Shown: positions 9,553-20,294, counted from the first letter of the stretch. The stretch: 64,000 nt of DNA from Oscillospiraceae bacterium (GCA_015068155.1 SVLC01000002.1:12653-76652); one strand, 5' to 3'. Program-made: numbers and translations. Notes: generated by a model not told the origin, from the sequence alone.

Positions 9553-12500
9553 TCAGAACAGGCTGACCTGGCTGTTATCCGGCAGATCGCCAAAGGCCCC
9601 GGCATCCTTGAGCATTTGGATGTGGGTCTTGGACGCCTTGGGACAGGCGGCGGAGAATTCCTCAATGGAAAGGAATTCCTTGCCTTCCCTGCCCTCCATA
9701 ATGTCCCAGGCGGCGCTTTCGCCCAGGCCGGAGATGGCCACGAAGGGCGGCAGGATCTTGCCGTCCACGATCAAAAACTTGGTGGCGTGGCTCTTGTAGA
9801 TATCAATGGGCGCAAAGTCGAAGCCACGCAGATAGAATTCATACACCACTTCCAGGGTGGTCAGCAGATCCTCGTCCTTGGCGGTGGCGTCTTCATTGTT
9901 GTCGATGGCCTCGATATTGGCCAGTACCTTTTCGATGCCGCCCATCATCAGATTGGCATCAAAGCCGCCCTTTTGGCTGCGGCGGTAGAAATAGGCCGAA
10001 TAAAACGCCAGAGGGTGATACACCTTGAACCAGGCGATGCGGAAGGCCATCATGCAGTAGGCCACGGCATGGGCCTTGGGGAACAGATATTTGATCTTCT
10101 TGCAGGAGCCGATATACCAGTCCGGCACACCGGCGGCCACCATCTCCTCCTCCGCCCCGGGAGGCAGACCCTTGCCCTTACGGACCGATTCCATGATCTT
10201 AAAGGCCCGTTTATCCGGCATGCCGCAGGAGATCAGGTAGAGCATGATATCGTCACGGGCGCCGATGGTTTGGTCCACAGTGGCGGTTTTGGAGTTGATC
10301 AGATCCTTGGCGTTGCCCAGCCACACGTCGGTGCCGTGGGTATAGCCGCAGATCCGCACCAGGAAGTCAAATTTCTCCGGCATGGTATCCAGCAAAACGC
10401 CCCGGGTAAAGCGGGTATTAAACTCCGGCACGCCCACCGCGCCGGTGGGTCCCAGCAGTTTGTTGTTTTCATAGCCCAGGATCTTGGAGGAGGTGAAGAT
10501 GGACATGGTACCCTTGTCGTCCAAGGGAATGGTCTTGGCATCCACGCCGGTCATATCCTCCATCATGCGGATCATGGTGGGATCGTCGTGACCCAGCATA
10601 TCCAGCTTCAGAAGATTCTCTTCCATGGAGTGGTACTCAAAATGGGTGGTGATCTGGTCGGAATTGGGATCGTCCGCGGGATGCTGCACCGGGCAGAAAT
10701 CCCAGATCTCATTTTCCTGGGGAATGACCACCAGGCCGCCGGGGTGCTGACCGGTGGTGCGGCGCACGCCCACACAACCGGAAGCCAGCCTGGCTTCCTC
10801 CGCCTTGGATGCGGTTTTTCCCCGTTCCTGCATATACTTTTTCACATAGCCGAAGGCGGTCTTTTCCGCAACGGTACCGATGGTGCCGGCCCGGAACACA
10901 TGGGACGAGCCGAACATGGAAATGCAGTATTTATGGGCCTCCGCCTGGTATTCGCCGGAGAAATTCAGGTCGATATCCGGCACTTTGTCGCCGCCGAAGC
11001 CCAGGAAGGTCTCGAAGGGGATGTTAAAGCCGTCCTTCTCCAGCTGGGCGCCGCAAAGGGGGCAGACCATATCCGGCAGGTCGGCGCCGCAATTGAATTC
11101 CGGCGGCACATCCAAAATGGTATGCTTGCAGGCCGGATTGGGACAGCGGTAATGAGGCGGGAAGGAATTCACCTCCGTGATGCCGGACATAAACGCCACG
11201 ATGCTGGAACCGACGGAGCCACGGGAGCCAACCAGATAGCCGTTTTCCAGGCTGTTCTGCACCAGCTTTTGGGCGGACATATAGATCACATCGTAATGGC
11301 AGGAAATGATGTCATGCAATTCCGTTTCCACACGCTTTACAAACATTTCCGGCGGATTTTCGCCGTAGAGCCGGTGCAGCTTTCCGTACACCAGCTCCTT
11401 CAGATCCTCCACGGAGTTTTCGATCTTGGGCGCAAACAGATTATGGGGCACGGGGCGGATGGTCTCACACATATCCGCGATCTTATTGGGATTGGTCACC
11501 ACGAGCTCATAGGCCTTTTCTTCGCCCAGATAGGCAAATTCCTTCAGCATTTCATCGGTGGTGCGGAAATAAAGGGGGTTGGGTTTGTCCGCGTCGTCAA
11601 ACCCCTTGGTGGCCAGCAGAATATGCCGGAAGATCTCATCCTCGGGGTTCAGGAAGTGTACGTCACCGGTGGCCACCACCATTTTGCCCAATTCCTCGCC
11701 CAGGCGGACCATGGTGCGGTTGAGATTCCGCAGATCCTCCTCGGAGTGGACATCCAGCTTTTCATTTTCCAGCATGAAGCGGTTATTGGAAATAGGCTGG
11801 ATCTCCAGATAATCATAGAACGAGGCGATGCGCTTCAGCTCGTCCTCGCTTTTTTTATCCAGGATCGCCTGGAACAGTTCTCCGGCTTCGCAGGCTGAGC
11901 CGATGATCAGGCCCTCCCGCATGGCCATAAGTTCCGATTTGGGGATTCTGGGAACGCGGCGGAAATGGTGCAGATTGGAATTGGAGATCAAATGGTACAG
12001 ATTCCGCAGACCCAACTGGTTTTTGGCAAACAAAATGATATGCCGGGCCTGGCGCTCTTTGATCTTGCCGCCGGCGCGCAGCCGCAGCATTGCCGGATTG
12101 ATGGCCTGCAGGGTATGCACATCATGTTCTTCTTCCAGCTTTTTCATCAGCCTGGCCATGATCAGGCCGCAGGTCATGGCGTCATCTGCCGCGCGGTGAT
12201 GATTGAATTCCGGCAGGCTCAGGGCATTGGCCACGATGTCCAGCTTAAACTTATTCAAATGCTGCAATAAGTTTTGGGAAAGGATCAGGGTATCCACCGC
12301 GGTAAAGGTATACGCGATCCCCTGCCGTTGGCATTCGGCCCGGATAAAGCCGGTATCGAAATCCGAATTATGGGCCACCAGCACTCTGCCGCCGATAAAC
12401 TCCACAAATTGGGGCAGCACCTGCTCAATGGTGGGCGCGCCGGCCAACATTTCATCCGTAATGCCCGTCAGATCCACAATTTTTCTGTCCAGGGATCTTC

Positions 12501-13869
12501 CGGGATCCACGAATGTCTGAAAACGGCCCAGTTCTTCTCCGTTTTTGATGATGACGGCGCCGATCTCAATGATCCGGTCGTTTTTGGCGCTCAGGCCCGT
12601 GGTTTCCAGGTCAAAGGCCACAAATTCTCCGTCGAAGGTCATATCCTGGCTGCCATGGACCACGATACGGTCATCCACGTCATTGACATAATAACCCTCG
12701 CAGCCATAGAGGATCTTAATGGTCTGATCGGTGCCGGCAACCTTGGGCGGACCTTTCCAGTCCTCCACCACATGCAGCGCGTCGGTAAAGGATTGGCAGC
12801 AGCCGTGGTCTGTAATGGCGATGGCCTTATGGCCCCAGGCGGCCGCCTGTTTAATGGCGGCTTTGGTGGAGGTCAGCGCATCCATATTGGACATGGATGT
12901 ATGCAGATGCAGCTCCACCCGTTTTTCACCTTCGTGCAGATCCTTGCGTTTCGGCAAGCTGCCGGGCTGCATGGCAAAGGGCTTGAGGACCATCTCATTG
13001 TCATAGCGGTTCAGTTCCGGCTTACCCTGGACCTTCAGCACCGTACCGATCTTGACATTTTCCAGAATAGGCTTGGCTTCGTTGGCCTCCATAAACCGGT
13101 TGATACGGACGGAGCCATAATTATCCGTCATATCAAAACTGATCACCCAGGCGTTGCGTTTTTTCAGTTCCTTGTGATCCACCGCAAACACACGGCCCTC
13201 GATGATCACCGAGCCCATATCCAATGTAACATCCTTCATGGAGGTCACCTGCCCCTTGATGGGCTTTCCGTAGAAGGCTGTGGGTTCTGCCGCGGCAGGC
13301 TGGGACTTCTTTTCCCCGCCGGAGCCATTGGGCCGGGGTTCCAGCATGGTATAACGCAGTTTATCCATGGCATCAAACAACGCCTGGCCTTCCAGCATCT
13401 GTCCGGCCTCAAAGCGGATGCTCACCGGCGCTGCGAACCGCTGCCGCAGCTTACGGCAGATCACAGCCGCAGATTCTTCCAGCTCCTTCACCCCATTGCC
13501 CCGAAGCCGCACCGTAAGCTGCTCAGCTTCCCAGGTCCATTCCGCGCCGGCCAGGGCCGCCCTGTGCATGGAGTTTTCCTCCACAAACAGCGCCAGCAAT
13601 TCTTCCGGCTCCAGATTGGTCAGCTGATCCGCCGGATGGGTCAGCGTCACAAAGAAATTCTGCAGGCCGTAGAGATTCCGCAGATCCGTCACCACCCCAT
13701 CCATCACCCTTTTGGGGATATAGCGCTGGCTGTGCAGCGCCAGATCCACCTGCCGCTTTACAGGATCGATATCCGCAGCAACGACAGCCGCCTGAGAAAG
13801 GACGGTTTCCCATCCCTCAGGCGGCGCATAGTCCGGAAACATATTCAAAAAATAAACTTGTTGGCTCAT
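9553..13869 (-). CDS. polC: DNA polymerase III PolC-type alpha subunit
   Basis: RVELHLHT PHP domain, inserted DEDD exonuclease (FDLETTG, AHNSDFD, HRAADDA), GSRGSVGSS, VPDIDLNFSG. Start moved to MSQQVYF. Confidence 0.98.
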   Translation of the reverse strand: MSQQVYFLNMFPDYAPPEGWETVLSQAAVVAADIDPVKRQVDLALHSQRYIPKRVMDGVVTDLRNLYGLQNFFVTLTHPADQLTNLEPEELLALFVEENSMHRAALAGAEWTWEAEQLTVRLRGNGVKELEESAAVICRKLRQRFAAPVSIRFEAGQMLEGQALFDAMDKLRYTMLEPRPNGSGGEKKSQPAAAEPTAFYGKPIKGQVTSMKDVTLDMGSVIIEGRVFAVDHKELKKRNAWVISFDMTDNYGSVRINRFMEANEAKPILENVKIGTVLKVQGKPELNRYDNEMVLKPFAMQPGSLPKRKDLHEGEKRVELHLHTSMSNMDALTSTKAAIKQAAAWGHKAIAITDHGCCQSFTDALHVVEDWKGPPKVAGTDQTIKILYGCEGYYVNDVDDRIVVHGSQDMTFDGEFVAFDLETTGLSAKNDRIIEIGAVIIKNGEELGRFQTFVDPGRSLDRKIVDLTGITDEMLAGAPTIEQVLPQFVEFIGGRVLVAHNSDFDTGFIRAECQRQGIAYTFTAVDTLILSQNLLQHLNKFKLDIVANALSLPEFNHHRAADDAMTCGLIMARLMKKLEEEHDVHTLQAINPAMLRLRAGGKIKERQARHIILFAKNQLGLRNLYHLISNSNLHHFRRVPRIPKSELMAMREGLIIGSACEAGELFQAILDKKSEDELKRIASFYDYLEIQPISNNRFMLENEKLDVHSEEDLRNLNRTMVRLGEELGKMVVATGDVHFLNPEDEIFRHILLATKGFDDADKPNPLYFRTTDEMLKEFAYLGEEKAYELVVTNPNKIADMCETIRPVPHNLFAPKIENSVEDLKELVYGKLHRLYGENPPEMFVKRVETELHDIISCHYDVIYMSAQKLVQNSLENGYLVGSRGSVGSSIVAFMSGITEVNSFPPHYRCPNPACKHTILDVPPEFNCGADLPDMVCPLCGAQLEKDGFNIPFETFLGFGGDKVPDIDLNFSGEYQAEAHKYCISMFGSSHVFRAGTIGTVAEKTAFGYVKKYMQERGKTASKAEEARLASGCVGVRRTTGQHPGGLVVIPQENEIWDFCPVQHPADDPNSDQITTHFEYHSMEENLLKLDMLGHDDPTMIRMMEDMTGVDAKTIPLDDKGTMSIFTSSKILGYENNKLLGPTGAVGVPEFNTRFTRGVLLDTMPEKFDFLVRICGYTHGTDVWLGNAKDLINSKTATVDQTIGARDDIMLYLISCGMPDKRAFKIMESVRKGKGLPPGAEEEMVAAGVPDWYIGSCKKIKYLFPKAHAVAYCMMAFRIAWFKVYHPLAFYSAYFYRRSQKGGFDANLMMGGIEKVLANIEAIDNNEDATAKDEDLLTTLEVVYEFYLRGFDFAPIDIYKSHATKFLIVDGKILPPFVAISGLGESAAWDIMEGREGKEFLSIEEFSAACPKASKTHIQMLKDAGAFGDLPDNSQVSLF

Positions 13870-13893
13870 ATGTATATCACCGATCATATCGCC

Positions 13894-13917
13894 GGGCGGG
13901 ATTTGTCCCCGCCCTGC
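13894..13917 (-). repeat. Single REP-like hairpin (GCAGGGCGGGGACAAATCCCGCCC)
   Basis: A GC palindrome with a G(C/T)AG 5' tetranucleotide between ispG and polC. Confidence 0.45.
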
Positions 13918-13919
13918 AG

Positions 13920-14957
13920 TCACATTCTGTCGATTCGATCAAGCAGCGCGGGCAGCAACTGCTCGTAGGGCAGCTTATCCACCTGCACGCCCTTTTCAAA
14001 GATCATGCCCCAGCCGTCGCCGCCGGCAATGCCGATATCCGCCTCCCGGGCTTCGCCGGGGCCATTGACCACGCAGCCCATCACAGCCACCGTGATGGGT
14101 TTTTCGCAGTTTTTCAGCGCCGCATCCACCTGGTTGACCAGGCCGATCAGATCGATCCTGGTGCGGCCGCAGGTGGGACAGGAAATGATGTTCACGCCCT
14201 CTTTCCGCAGGCCGGCAGCCTTGAGAATATCCTTGGCCGCGTAAACCTCTTCCACCGGATCATCGGTCAGGCTGACGCGGATGGTATCGCCGATGCCATC
14301 CAGCAGCAACGCGCCGATGCCCATGGCGGATTTGATCAGGCCCTGCTTCACCGGGCCTGTCTCCGTAACGCCGATGTGCAGCGGATAATCGCACTTTTCC
14401 CGGAAGAGCCGGCAGGCGGCCACCATTGTAGGAACGGTGGAAGATTTCATGGATACACAGGTATCGTAAAAACCAAATTTCTCCAACAACTCCAGATGGC
14501 CAAACGCGCTTTCCACCAGCGCCTGGGCAGTGGGATGTCCGTATTTCTCCAGCAGTTCCTTTTCCAGGCTGCCGCCATTGACGCCGATACGGATGGGGAT
14601 ATGCTTATCCTTGCAAACATCCACCACAGCTTTAACGCGGTCTTCCCCACCGATATTACCGGGGTTGATGCGAATCTTGCTGGCGCCACCCTCCGCGGCA
14701 GCGATGGCCAGTTTATAGTCGAAGTGGATATCCGCAACCAACGGAAGCGGGCTTTCCTTACAAATCTCCGCAAAGCCTCTGGCGGCCTCCATATTGGGAA
14801 CAGCCAAACGGGCCACCTGGCAGCCGGCAGCGGAAAGCTGGCGAAGCTGCGCCAGAGAGCCGGTCACATCCGTGGTTTTGGTATTGAGCATGGACTGGAT
14901 GACCACCGGCGCGCCGCCGCCAATGGGCACATCCCCCACCAGGATCTGTCTTGTCAT
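13920..14957 (-). CDS. ispG: HMBPP synthase (flavodoxin-dependent)
   Basis: ADIHFDY, RINPGNIG, IRIGVNGGSL, SCPTCGR, MGCVVNGPGE. Confidence 0.98.
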   Translation of the reverse strand: MTRQILVGDVPIGGGAPVVIQSMLNTKTTDVTGSLAQLRQLSAAGCQVARLAVPNMEAARGFAEICKESPLPLVADIHFDYKLAIAAAEGGASKIRINPGNIGGEDRVKAVVDVCKDKHIPIRIGVNGGSLEKELLEKYGHPTAQALVESAFGHLELLEKFGFYDTCVSMKSSTVPTMVAACRLFREKCDYPLHIGVTETGPVKQGLIKSAMGIGALLLDGIGDTIRVSLTDDPVEEVYAAKDILKAAGLRKEGVNIISCPTCGRTRIDLIGLVNQVDAALKNCEKPITVAVMGCVVNGPGEAREADIGIAGGDGWGMIFEKGVQVDKLPYEQLLPALLDRIDRM

Positions 14958-14966
14958 AATCTCACC

Positions 14967-16037
14967 TTACTTAAACAGGAAAATAACATCCTTGAACAAA
15001 ATAACCGCCATGAGGATCAGCAGCAGGATCATGCCCACCGCATGGATATAACCCTCGTACTTGGGATCGATCCGTTTGCGGGTCACGGCTTCCACAGCCG
15101 TGGTCAGCAGCAGCGCCACCACCCGGCCGCCATCCAGCGCCGGAATGGGCAGCAGGTTCATCACAGCCAGGTTTACGGCAATAAAGCCGCCAAAATACAG
15201 CAGATTCAGCAGGGCGGTACCAATAGTTTCCGATTGATTGGCCACTTCAACCATTTGCTTTCCAATACCCACAGGACCGGACATATCCTTCAGTCCCGCC
15301 TTGCCGGTAAACAGCATTTCCAGGCTCCAACTTACCGTACGGATCCAGTCTACCGCCGTATGCCAGATATAACGCACTTTTCCGAAGCCTTCCAAGGCCG
15401 CCTCTTTGCCGTAGGAAAAACCCACTTTCATGGCGGTTTTGCCTTCTTCGTCGGTCACCTCATGTCTCTGCAGATAGAAATTATCCAGGGTGATCAGCTG
15501 ACCGTCCCGTTCCATTACCAGATCGTGATAATCCCCATCGTTAAGGGTCAGCAGCACACCCACATCGTTATACAAAAGCACCCGGGTGCCGTCGATCTCC
15601 ACAAACCGGTCCCCCACCTGCAGGCCGAAATCATCAACGGTGGCATACTCCGTAAAGGAAGTAATTTCGGGGACCACATAGCTGTTGATGGGGGCGTACA
15701 CAATGGCAACCAGCAGCAAGCCGGTGACAAAATTCATAAACGCGCCGGCGATGAGGATCAATAACCGTTTCCACCAGGCAGCCTTCTGAAAGGATCTGGG
15801 GTTATCGGTATCACTGTCTTCGCCCTCCATGGCGCAATAGCCGCCAATTGGAATGCAGCGGATGGAATACAAGGTCTCACCGATCTGCTTTTTCCAAATG
15901 GCAGGGCCCATGAACATGGAAAATTCATTGACCTGCACGCCGGAGAGCTTTGCGGTGATAAAATGACCGAACTCGTGAATAAAAATCAAGAAACTAAAAA
16001 TAAGAATTGCAAAGAAAATGCTCAAAATAATGCCCAT
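14967..16037 (-). CDS. rseP: RIP metalloprotease RseP (M50, with PDZ domain)
   Basis: HEFGH and NLLPIPALDGG motifs; lies between dxr and ispG. Confidence 0.95.
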   Translation of the reverse strand: MGIILSIFFAILIFSFLIFIHEFGHFITAKLSGVQVNEFSMFMGPAIWKKQIGETLYSIRCIPIGGYCAMEGEDSDTDNPRSFQKAAWWKRLLILIAGAFMNFVTGLLLVAIVYAPINSYVVPEITSFTEYATVDDFGLQVGDRFVEIDGTRVLLYNDVGVLLTLNDGDYHDLVMERDGQLITLDNFYLQRHEVTDEEGKTAMKVGFSYGKEAALEGFGKVRYIWHTAVDWIRTVSWSLEMLFTGKAGLKDMSGPVGIGKQMVEVANQSETIGTALLNLLYFGGFIAVNLAVMNLLPIPALDGGRVVALLLTTAVEAVTRKRIDPKYEGYIHAVGMILLLILMAVILFKDVIFLFK

Positions 16038-16052
16038 ATTTTTCCTCGGAAA

Positions 16053-17210
16053 TCAAAATAAAATAGTATGCTCACGCACATATTGACGCGCAATACGATC
16101 CGCGTCCAGAATTTGCTCCAGCGAAGGCGCCTTAACGAAGGCAGTGGCATCCACCGCGCCCTGCACCAGTTTATAGATGTCATAGAAGCCGATACGGTCC
16201 TGCAAATACAGCCCCACCGCCTCCTCATTGGCGCCGTTCATAGCCGCGCAGGCGGTGCCGCCCTTCTTCGCGCAGGCAATGGCCAGGGCAAGACACGGGA
16301 AGGTGTCCAGATCCGGCTGATGGAAGGTCAGATCGCCGCAGGTCAGCAGATCCAGCGGCTCCACGGGGCAGGCTGTCCGGTGCGGATAGGTCAGCGCCAG
16401 TTGGATGGGCAGACGCATATCCGGCACGCCCATCTGAGCCATCACCGCGCCATCCACAAATTCCACCATGGAGTGGATAATGCTCTGCCGGTGGATCACC
16501 ACATCCACCCGCTCTGCCGGCAGATCATACAGCCGCATGGCTTCGATGACCTCCAGGCCCTTATTCATCAGGGTGGCGCAGTCCACGGTGATCTTGGGGC
16601 CCATTTTCCAGGTCGGATGCCGCAGTACATCCGCTTTGGTAACATTGAACAGTTCTTGCCTTTGCTTGCCGAAGAACGGGCCGCCGGAGCAGGTCAAAAT
16701 GATGCGTTTGACCTCTTTGGGGTCACGAACGCCCATAAGGCACTGGAAGATCGCGGAATGCTCCGAGTCCACGGGAATGATCTCGGCGCCATATTTTCTC
16801 GCTTCGGCCATCACCAGTTCACCGGCGCAGACCAGGGTTTCTTTATTGGCAAGGCCAATGCGCTTTCCGGCGCGAATGGCGGCCAGCGTGGGTCTGAGGC
16901 CCACCATACCCACCACAGCGGTGATCACGCAATCCGCCTGTTCCATGGTGGCCGCTTCCATCAGGCCCTCCAGGCCCCAGGAAAGCCGGATATCCATATC
17001 CGATAATTCCTCCGCCAACTGACCCATGGATGCTTCATCTGCCATCACGGCCAATTGGGGATGAAATTCCCGGCACAGCTCTGCCATTTTCTCATAGTTG
17101 AAGCCGGCAGTCAGGGCGACCACGCCAACACCGTCCATATGCCGGACCACATCCAGGGTCTGTCGGCCGATGGAACCGGTTGCGCCCAAAACAGAAATAT
17201 TTTTTATCAT
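16053..17210 (-). CDS. dxr: 1-deoxy-D-xylulose-5-phosphate reductoisomerase
   Basis: LGATGSIG, LANKETLV, PVDSEHSAIFQ, NKGLEVIEA. Confidence 0.98.
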   Translation of the reverse strand: MIKNISVLGATGSIGRQTLDVVRHMDGVGVVALTAGFNYEKMAELCREFHPQLAVMADEASMGQLAEELSDMDIRLSWGLEGLMEAATMEQADCVITAVVGMVGLRPTLAAIRAGKRIGLANKETLVCAGELVMAEARKYGAEIIPVDSEHSAIFQCLMGVRDPKEVKRIILTCSGGPFFGKQRQELFNVTKADVLRHPTWKMGPKITVDCATLMNKGLEVIEAMRLYDLPAERVDVVIHRQSIIHSMVEFVDGAVMAQMGVPDMRLPIQLALTYPHRTACPVEPLDLLTCGDLTFHQPDLDTFPCLALAIACAKKGGTACAAMNGANEEAVGLYLQDRIGFYDIYKLVQGAVDATAFVKAPSLEQILDADRIARQYVREHTILF

Positions 17211-17213
17211 CGT

Positions 17214-18026
17214 TTACACCACCATCGGCAGGATCAGCAACAGCACTTCCGTCAGCGGCGCTGTGATCAGCACGGAGTCAAACCGGTCAAGCACACCGCC
17301 GTGACCGGGGATCAGATTGCCGTAATCTTTTATGCCCACCTGGCGTTTGATCACGGACATGCTCAAATCACCGAATACCCCGGCCAGCGCTCCCAGCAGG
17401 CCGTATATCAATGCGATACCGTAACTGGCAGATATGTTCCAGATCTGCCGCAAAAGCAGGGCGTACAGCGCCATGCCCAGCACCGCGACCACGATACCGC
17501 CGTAAAAACCCTCCCAGGATTTTTTAGGGCTGATCACCGGCGCCATTTTGTGCTTGCCAAACAGCACGCCGATAAAATACGCGCCGGTATCGGAGAAAAA
17601 GGCCATAATAAAGGGAATGACCAACATCAGTTTGCCCTGCTCCATGTTGCTGATACGCACCAAAGATGCCAACATAAACGGGATCAGCAAACCGGATGCC
17701 AGACACAGCATGGCATCCTTTACCTGCAGCTGCAGCTTGGATGCCATCATCTCTCCAAAGATCAGCGCCGCAAACAGCAATGCGCCCAGCAAGCCAAAGG
17801 CATACGGGCAGCCAAAATAGCTCCAAACGCAAACGGCAAATGCAAAAATCGCCGAATAGATATTTAAGCGCAAGTGCTTCACCAAGCCGGTGCCCCACAG
17901 CAATTCATACGAGCCAATGGCCGCCATGGCACCGACAAAAATGGCAGAGATCCAGGTAGGCGCCAAAAACAGCACCGCCAGCAAAACCACCACGATGCCC
18001 GCGCCGGCCAGTATTCTGGTTTTCAT
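17214..18026 (-). CDS. cdsA: Phosphatidate cytidylyltransferase
   Basis: SDTGAY, ISPKKSWEG, IKDYGNLIPGHGGVLDRFD. Confidence 0.97.
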   Translation of the reverse strand: MKTRILAGAGIVVVLLAVLFLAPTWISAIFVGAMAAIGSYELLWGTGLVKHLRLNIYSAIFAFAVCVWSYFGCPYAFGLLGALLFAALIFGEMMASKLQLQVKDAMLCLASGLLIPFMLASLVRISNMEQGKLMLVIPFIMAFFSDTGAYFIGVLFGKHKMAPVISPKKSWEGFYGGIVVAVLGMALYALLLRQIWNISASYGIALIYGLLGALAGVFGDLSMSVIKRQVGIKDYGNLIPGHGGVLDRFDSVLITAPLTEVLLLILPMVV

Positions 18027-18029
18027 ATT

Positions 18030-18746
18030 TTATACGCCTCCAAAACGGCGGTTCCGCCGATGGTATTCTTCGATGGCCTTATCCAGGTCGTCATTTGTGA
18101 AATCCGGCCAAAGCACATCCATAAATACAAGCTCGGAATAAGCGCTCTGCCATGGCAAAAAATTACTGGTCCGCAGTTCACCGGAGGGGCGGATCACCAG
18201 TTCCGGATCCGGTACGCCGGCAGAGTCCAGATAAGTTTCAAAATCAGCCTCTGTAAGAGAATCCGCTGTTCTCTCCCCTGCCGCAACCGCAGCGGCAAAT
18301 CTCTTGGCGGCCCGCACGATCTCATCCCGACCGCCGTAATTGATGCAGAAATTCACCTGCACATCGGTAAACGCCCGGGAACGCTCCATGGTCTGCCGGC
18401 AAAGCTGCTGCAATTTGGGGCTCAGGCGGCTCAGATCGCCAAAAGCACAAAAACGGATATGATTCTTCTCCATATCCCGCAGCGCTTCCTTGAGATAGTA
18501 TTCCAGCAAACCCATAATGCCGGACACTTCTTCCTCTGAACGTTTCCAATTCTCGGTAGAAAACGCATACACCGTCAAATATTTCACGCCGATGGAATTG
18601 CAGTGATCGGCAATACGCCGGAAGGTCTCGGCGCCGGCTTTGTGGCCGGCATTCCGGGGCAAGCCCCGTTTTTTTGCCCAACGACCGTTGCCATCCATAA
18701 TGATGGCAATATGCCGAGGTACCGAAATTTTTTCAGAAAGTGCCAT
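18030..18746 (-). CDS. uppS: Undecaprenyl diphosphate synthase
   Basis: HIAIIMDGNGRWA, YAFSTENWKR, RPSGELRTSNFL. Start moved to MALSEK. Confidence 0.97.
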   Translation of the reverse strand: MALSEKISVPRHIAIIMDGNGRWAKKRGLPRNAGHKAGAETFRRIADHCNSIGVKYLTVYAFSTENWKRSEEEVSGIMGLLEYYLKEALRDMEKNHIRFCAFGDLSRLSPKLQQLCRQTMERSRAFTDVQVNFCINYGGRDEIVRAAKRFAAAVAAGERTADSLTEADFETYLDSAGVPDPELVIRPSGELRTSNFLPWQSAYSELVFMDVLWPDFTNDDLDKAIEEYHRRNRRFGGV

Positions 18747-18794
18747 ACTTCGCACCCTTTCCATTACAATGATGGCAACCCACAAATACACATA

Positions 18795-18824
18795 GCAGGG
18801 GTCGATGTGGGCATCGACCCCTAC
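18795..18824 (-). repeat. GTAG-type REP hairpin (GTAGGGGTCGATGCCCACATCGACCCCTGC)
   Basis: A perfect AGGGGTCGATG/CATCGACCCCT stem beginning with GTAG on the minus strand, with no U-tract. Confidence 0.65.
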
Positions 18825-18843
18825 GATGAATATAAATGCTTTT

Positions 18844-19398
18844 TTACAGTGCCATCAGTTCCTTTTCCTTGGCAGCGGTGGCTTCGTCCACCTTCTTGAT
18901 CATCTTGTCCAGCAGATCCTGCAGATCCTTCTCAGCCTTCTTCTGGTCGTCCTCGGTGATCTCGGAGTTTTTCTTCAGCTTCTTCACATAGTCCATGCCG
19001 TCGCGGCGGATATTACGCATGGCCACCTTGCCATCCTCGGCGTACTTCTTGATCTGCTTGACCAGCTCCTTACGACGCTCCTCGGTGAGCTGCGGGAAGG
19101 TCAGACGGATGACGCGGCCGTCATTCTGGGGGTTAATGCCCAGATCGGAGATCTGAATAGCCTTCTGGATATCCTTCAGCAGCTTGGTGTCCCAGGGAGA
19201 GATCACCAGGGTACGGGCATCGGGAGAAGAAATGGTAGCAACACCGTTCAGAGGGGTCTCACTGCCATAATATTCCACAGAAATACGGTCCAGAACCTTG
19301 GGGTTGGCGCGGCCGGCGCGAACGGCGTCGAACTCTTCCTGCAGATGCTCCAGGGCCTTGCCCATTCTTCTTTCAAAATCCTTAAAATCTACAGCCAT
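18844..19398 (-). CDS. frr: Ribosome recycling factor
   Basis: VRAGRANP, NPQNDG, PQLTEERRKEL. Confidence 0.98.
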   Translation of the reverse strand: MAVDFKDFERRMGKALEHLQEEFDAVRAGRANPKVLDRISVEYYGSETPLNGVATISSPDARTLVISPWDTKLLKDIQKAIQISDLGINPQNDGRVIRLTFPQLTEERRKELVKQIKKYAEDGKVAMRNIRRDGMDYVKKLKKNSEITEDDQKKAEKDLQDLLDKMIKKVDEATAAKEKELMAL

Positions 19399-19417
19399 TG
19401 TAGTGTCCTCCTAAAAT

Positions 19418-20146
19418 TTAATTTGTAACGGTGGTTCCGATCTTCTCGCCGCGAACCACGCGAAGAATACTGTTTTCCTCTGCCAAACCGAAGCAGACCA
19501 TGGGGATATTATTGTCCATAGCCAGCGCCATGGCGGTGACATCCGTAGCCTTCAGGCCACGCTCCAACACTTCGTTGTAGGTCAGACTGTCGAACTTCAC
19601 CGCAGTGGGATCCTTGTGGGGATCGGCAGAATAGATGCCGTCGATATTCTTGGCCATCAGAATGGCATCCGCCTCGATCTCCACGCCCCGCAGCACCGCG
19701 CCGGTGTCGGTGGAGAAATAGGGATTGCCGGTGCCGGCGGCAAAGATGACCACCTTGCCCTCGTTCAGGTAACGGTTAGCGGTGTCACGGGTAAAATACT
19801 CGGCAAACTTATGCATTTCCACAGCGGTAAGTACCCGGGCATCCAGGCCATGCTGCTCCAATGCGTCAGCCACGGCAATGGCATTCATCACGGTGGCCAG
19901 CATACCCATGGCATCGGCATGGCTGCGCTGCATCTTGCCGGAGCCGTTTTTCACGCCCCGCCAGAAGTTGCCGCCGCCAATGACCAGGCCCACCTGCACA
20001 CCAATATCCACACATTCTTTAATTGCCTTGCAGACTTCGTTGACCTTGGCAAAATCCAGGCCGAAGCCGTCGCCTGCGGCAGTTTTTTCGCCCAGCGCCT
20101 CGCCGCTGACCTTCAAAAGTACGCGCCTGTACTTGGTTTCAGACAA
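19418..20146 (-). CDS. pyrH: UMP kinase
   Basis: RVLLKVSGEAL, GGGNFWRG, GTGNPYFSTD. Probable TTG start after AAGGAGTG. Confidence 0.97.
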   Translation of the reverse strand: MSETKYRRVLLKVSGEALGEKTAAGDGFGLDFAKVNEVCKAIKECVDIGVQVGLVIGGGNFWRGVKNGSGKMQRSHADAMGMLATVMNAIAVADALEQHGLDARVLTAVEMHKFAEYFTRDTANRYLNEGKVVIFAAGTGNPYFSTDTGAVLRGVEIEADAILMAKNIDGIYSADPHKDPTAVKFDSLTYNEVLERGLKATDVTAMALAMDNNIPMVCFGLAEENSILRVVRGEKIGTTVTN

Positions 20147-20253
20147 GTAAATCACTCCTTTTCCATATCCTCCCCCCATTTTAATATAAGAATGACAAAA
20201 TGACAACTATTATTTTTCATTTTACGAATGTTTTTTATTTTTTGCCGCATGAG

Positions 20254-20281
20254 AAAACCCCGCCGGATCCTTCCGGCGGGG
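20254..20281 (-). terminator. Intrinsic terminator after the orphan gene cluster
   Basis: CCCCGCCGGA/TCCGGCGGGG stem followed by TTTT on the minus strand. Confidence 0.75.
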
Positions 20282-20294
20282 ACAATAGACAGAT

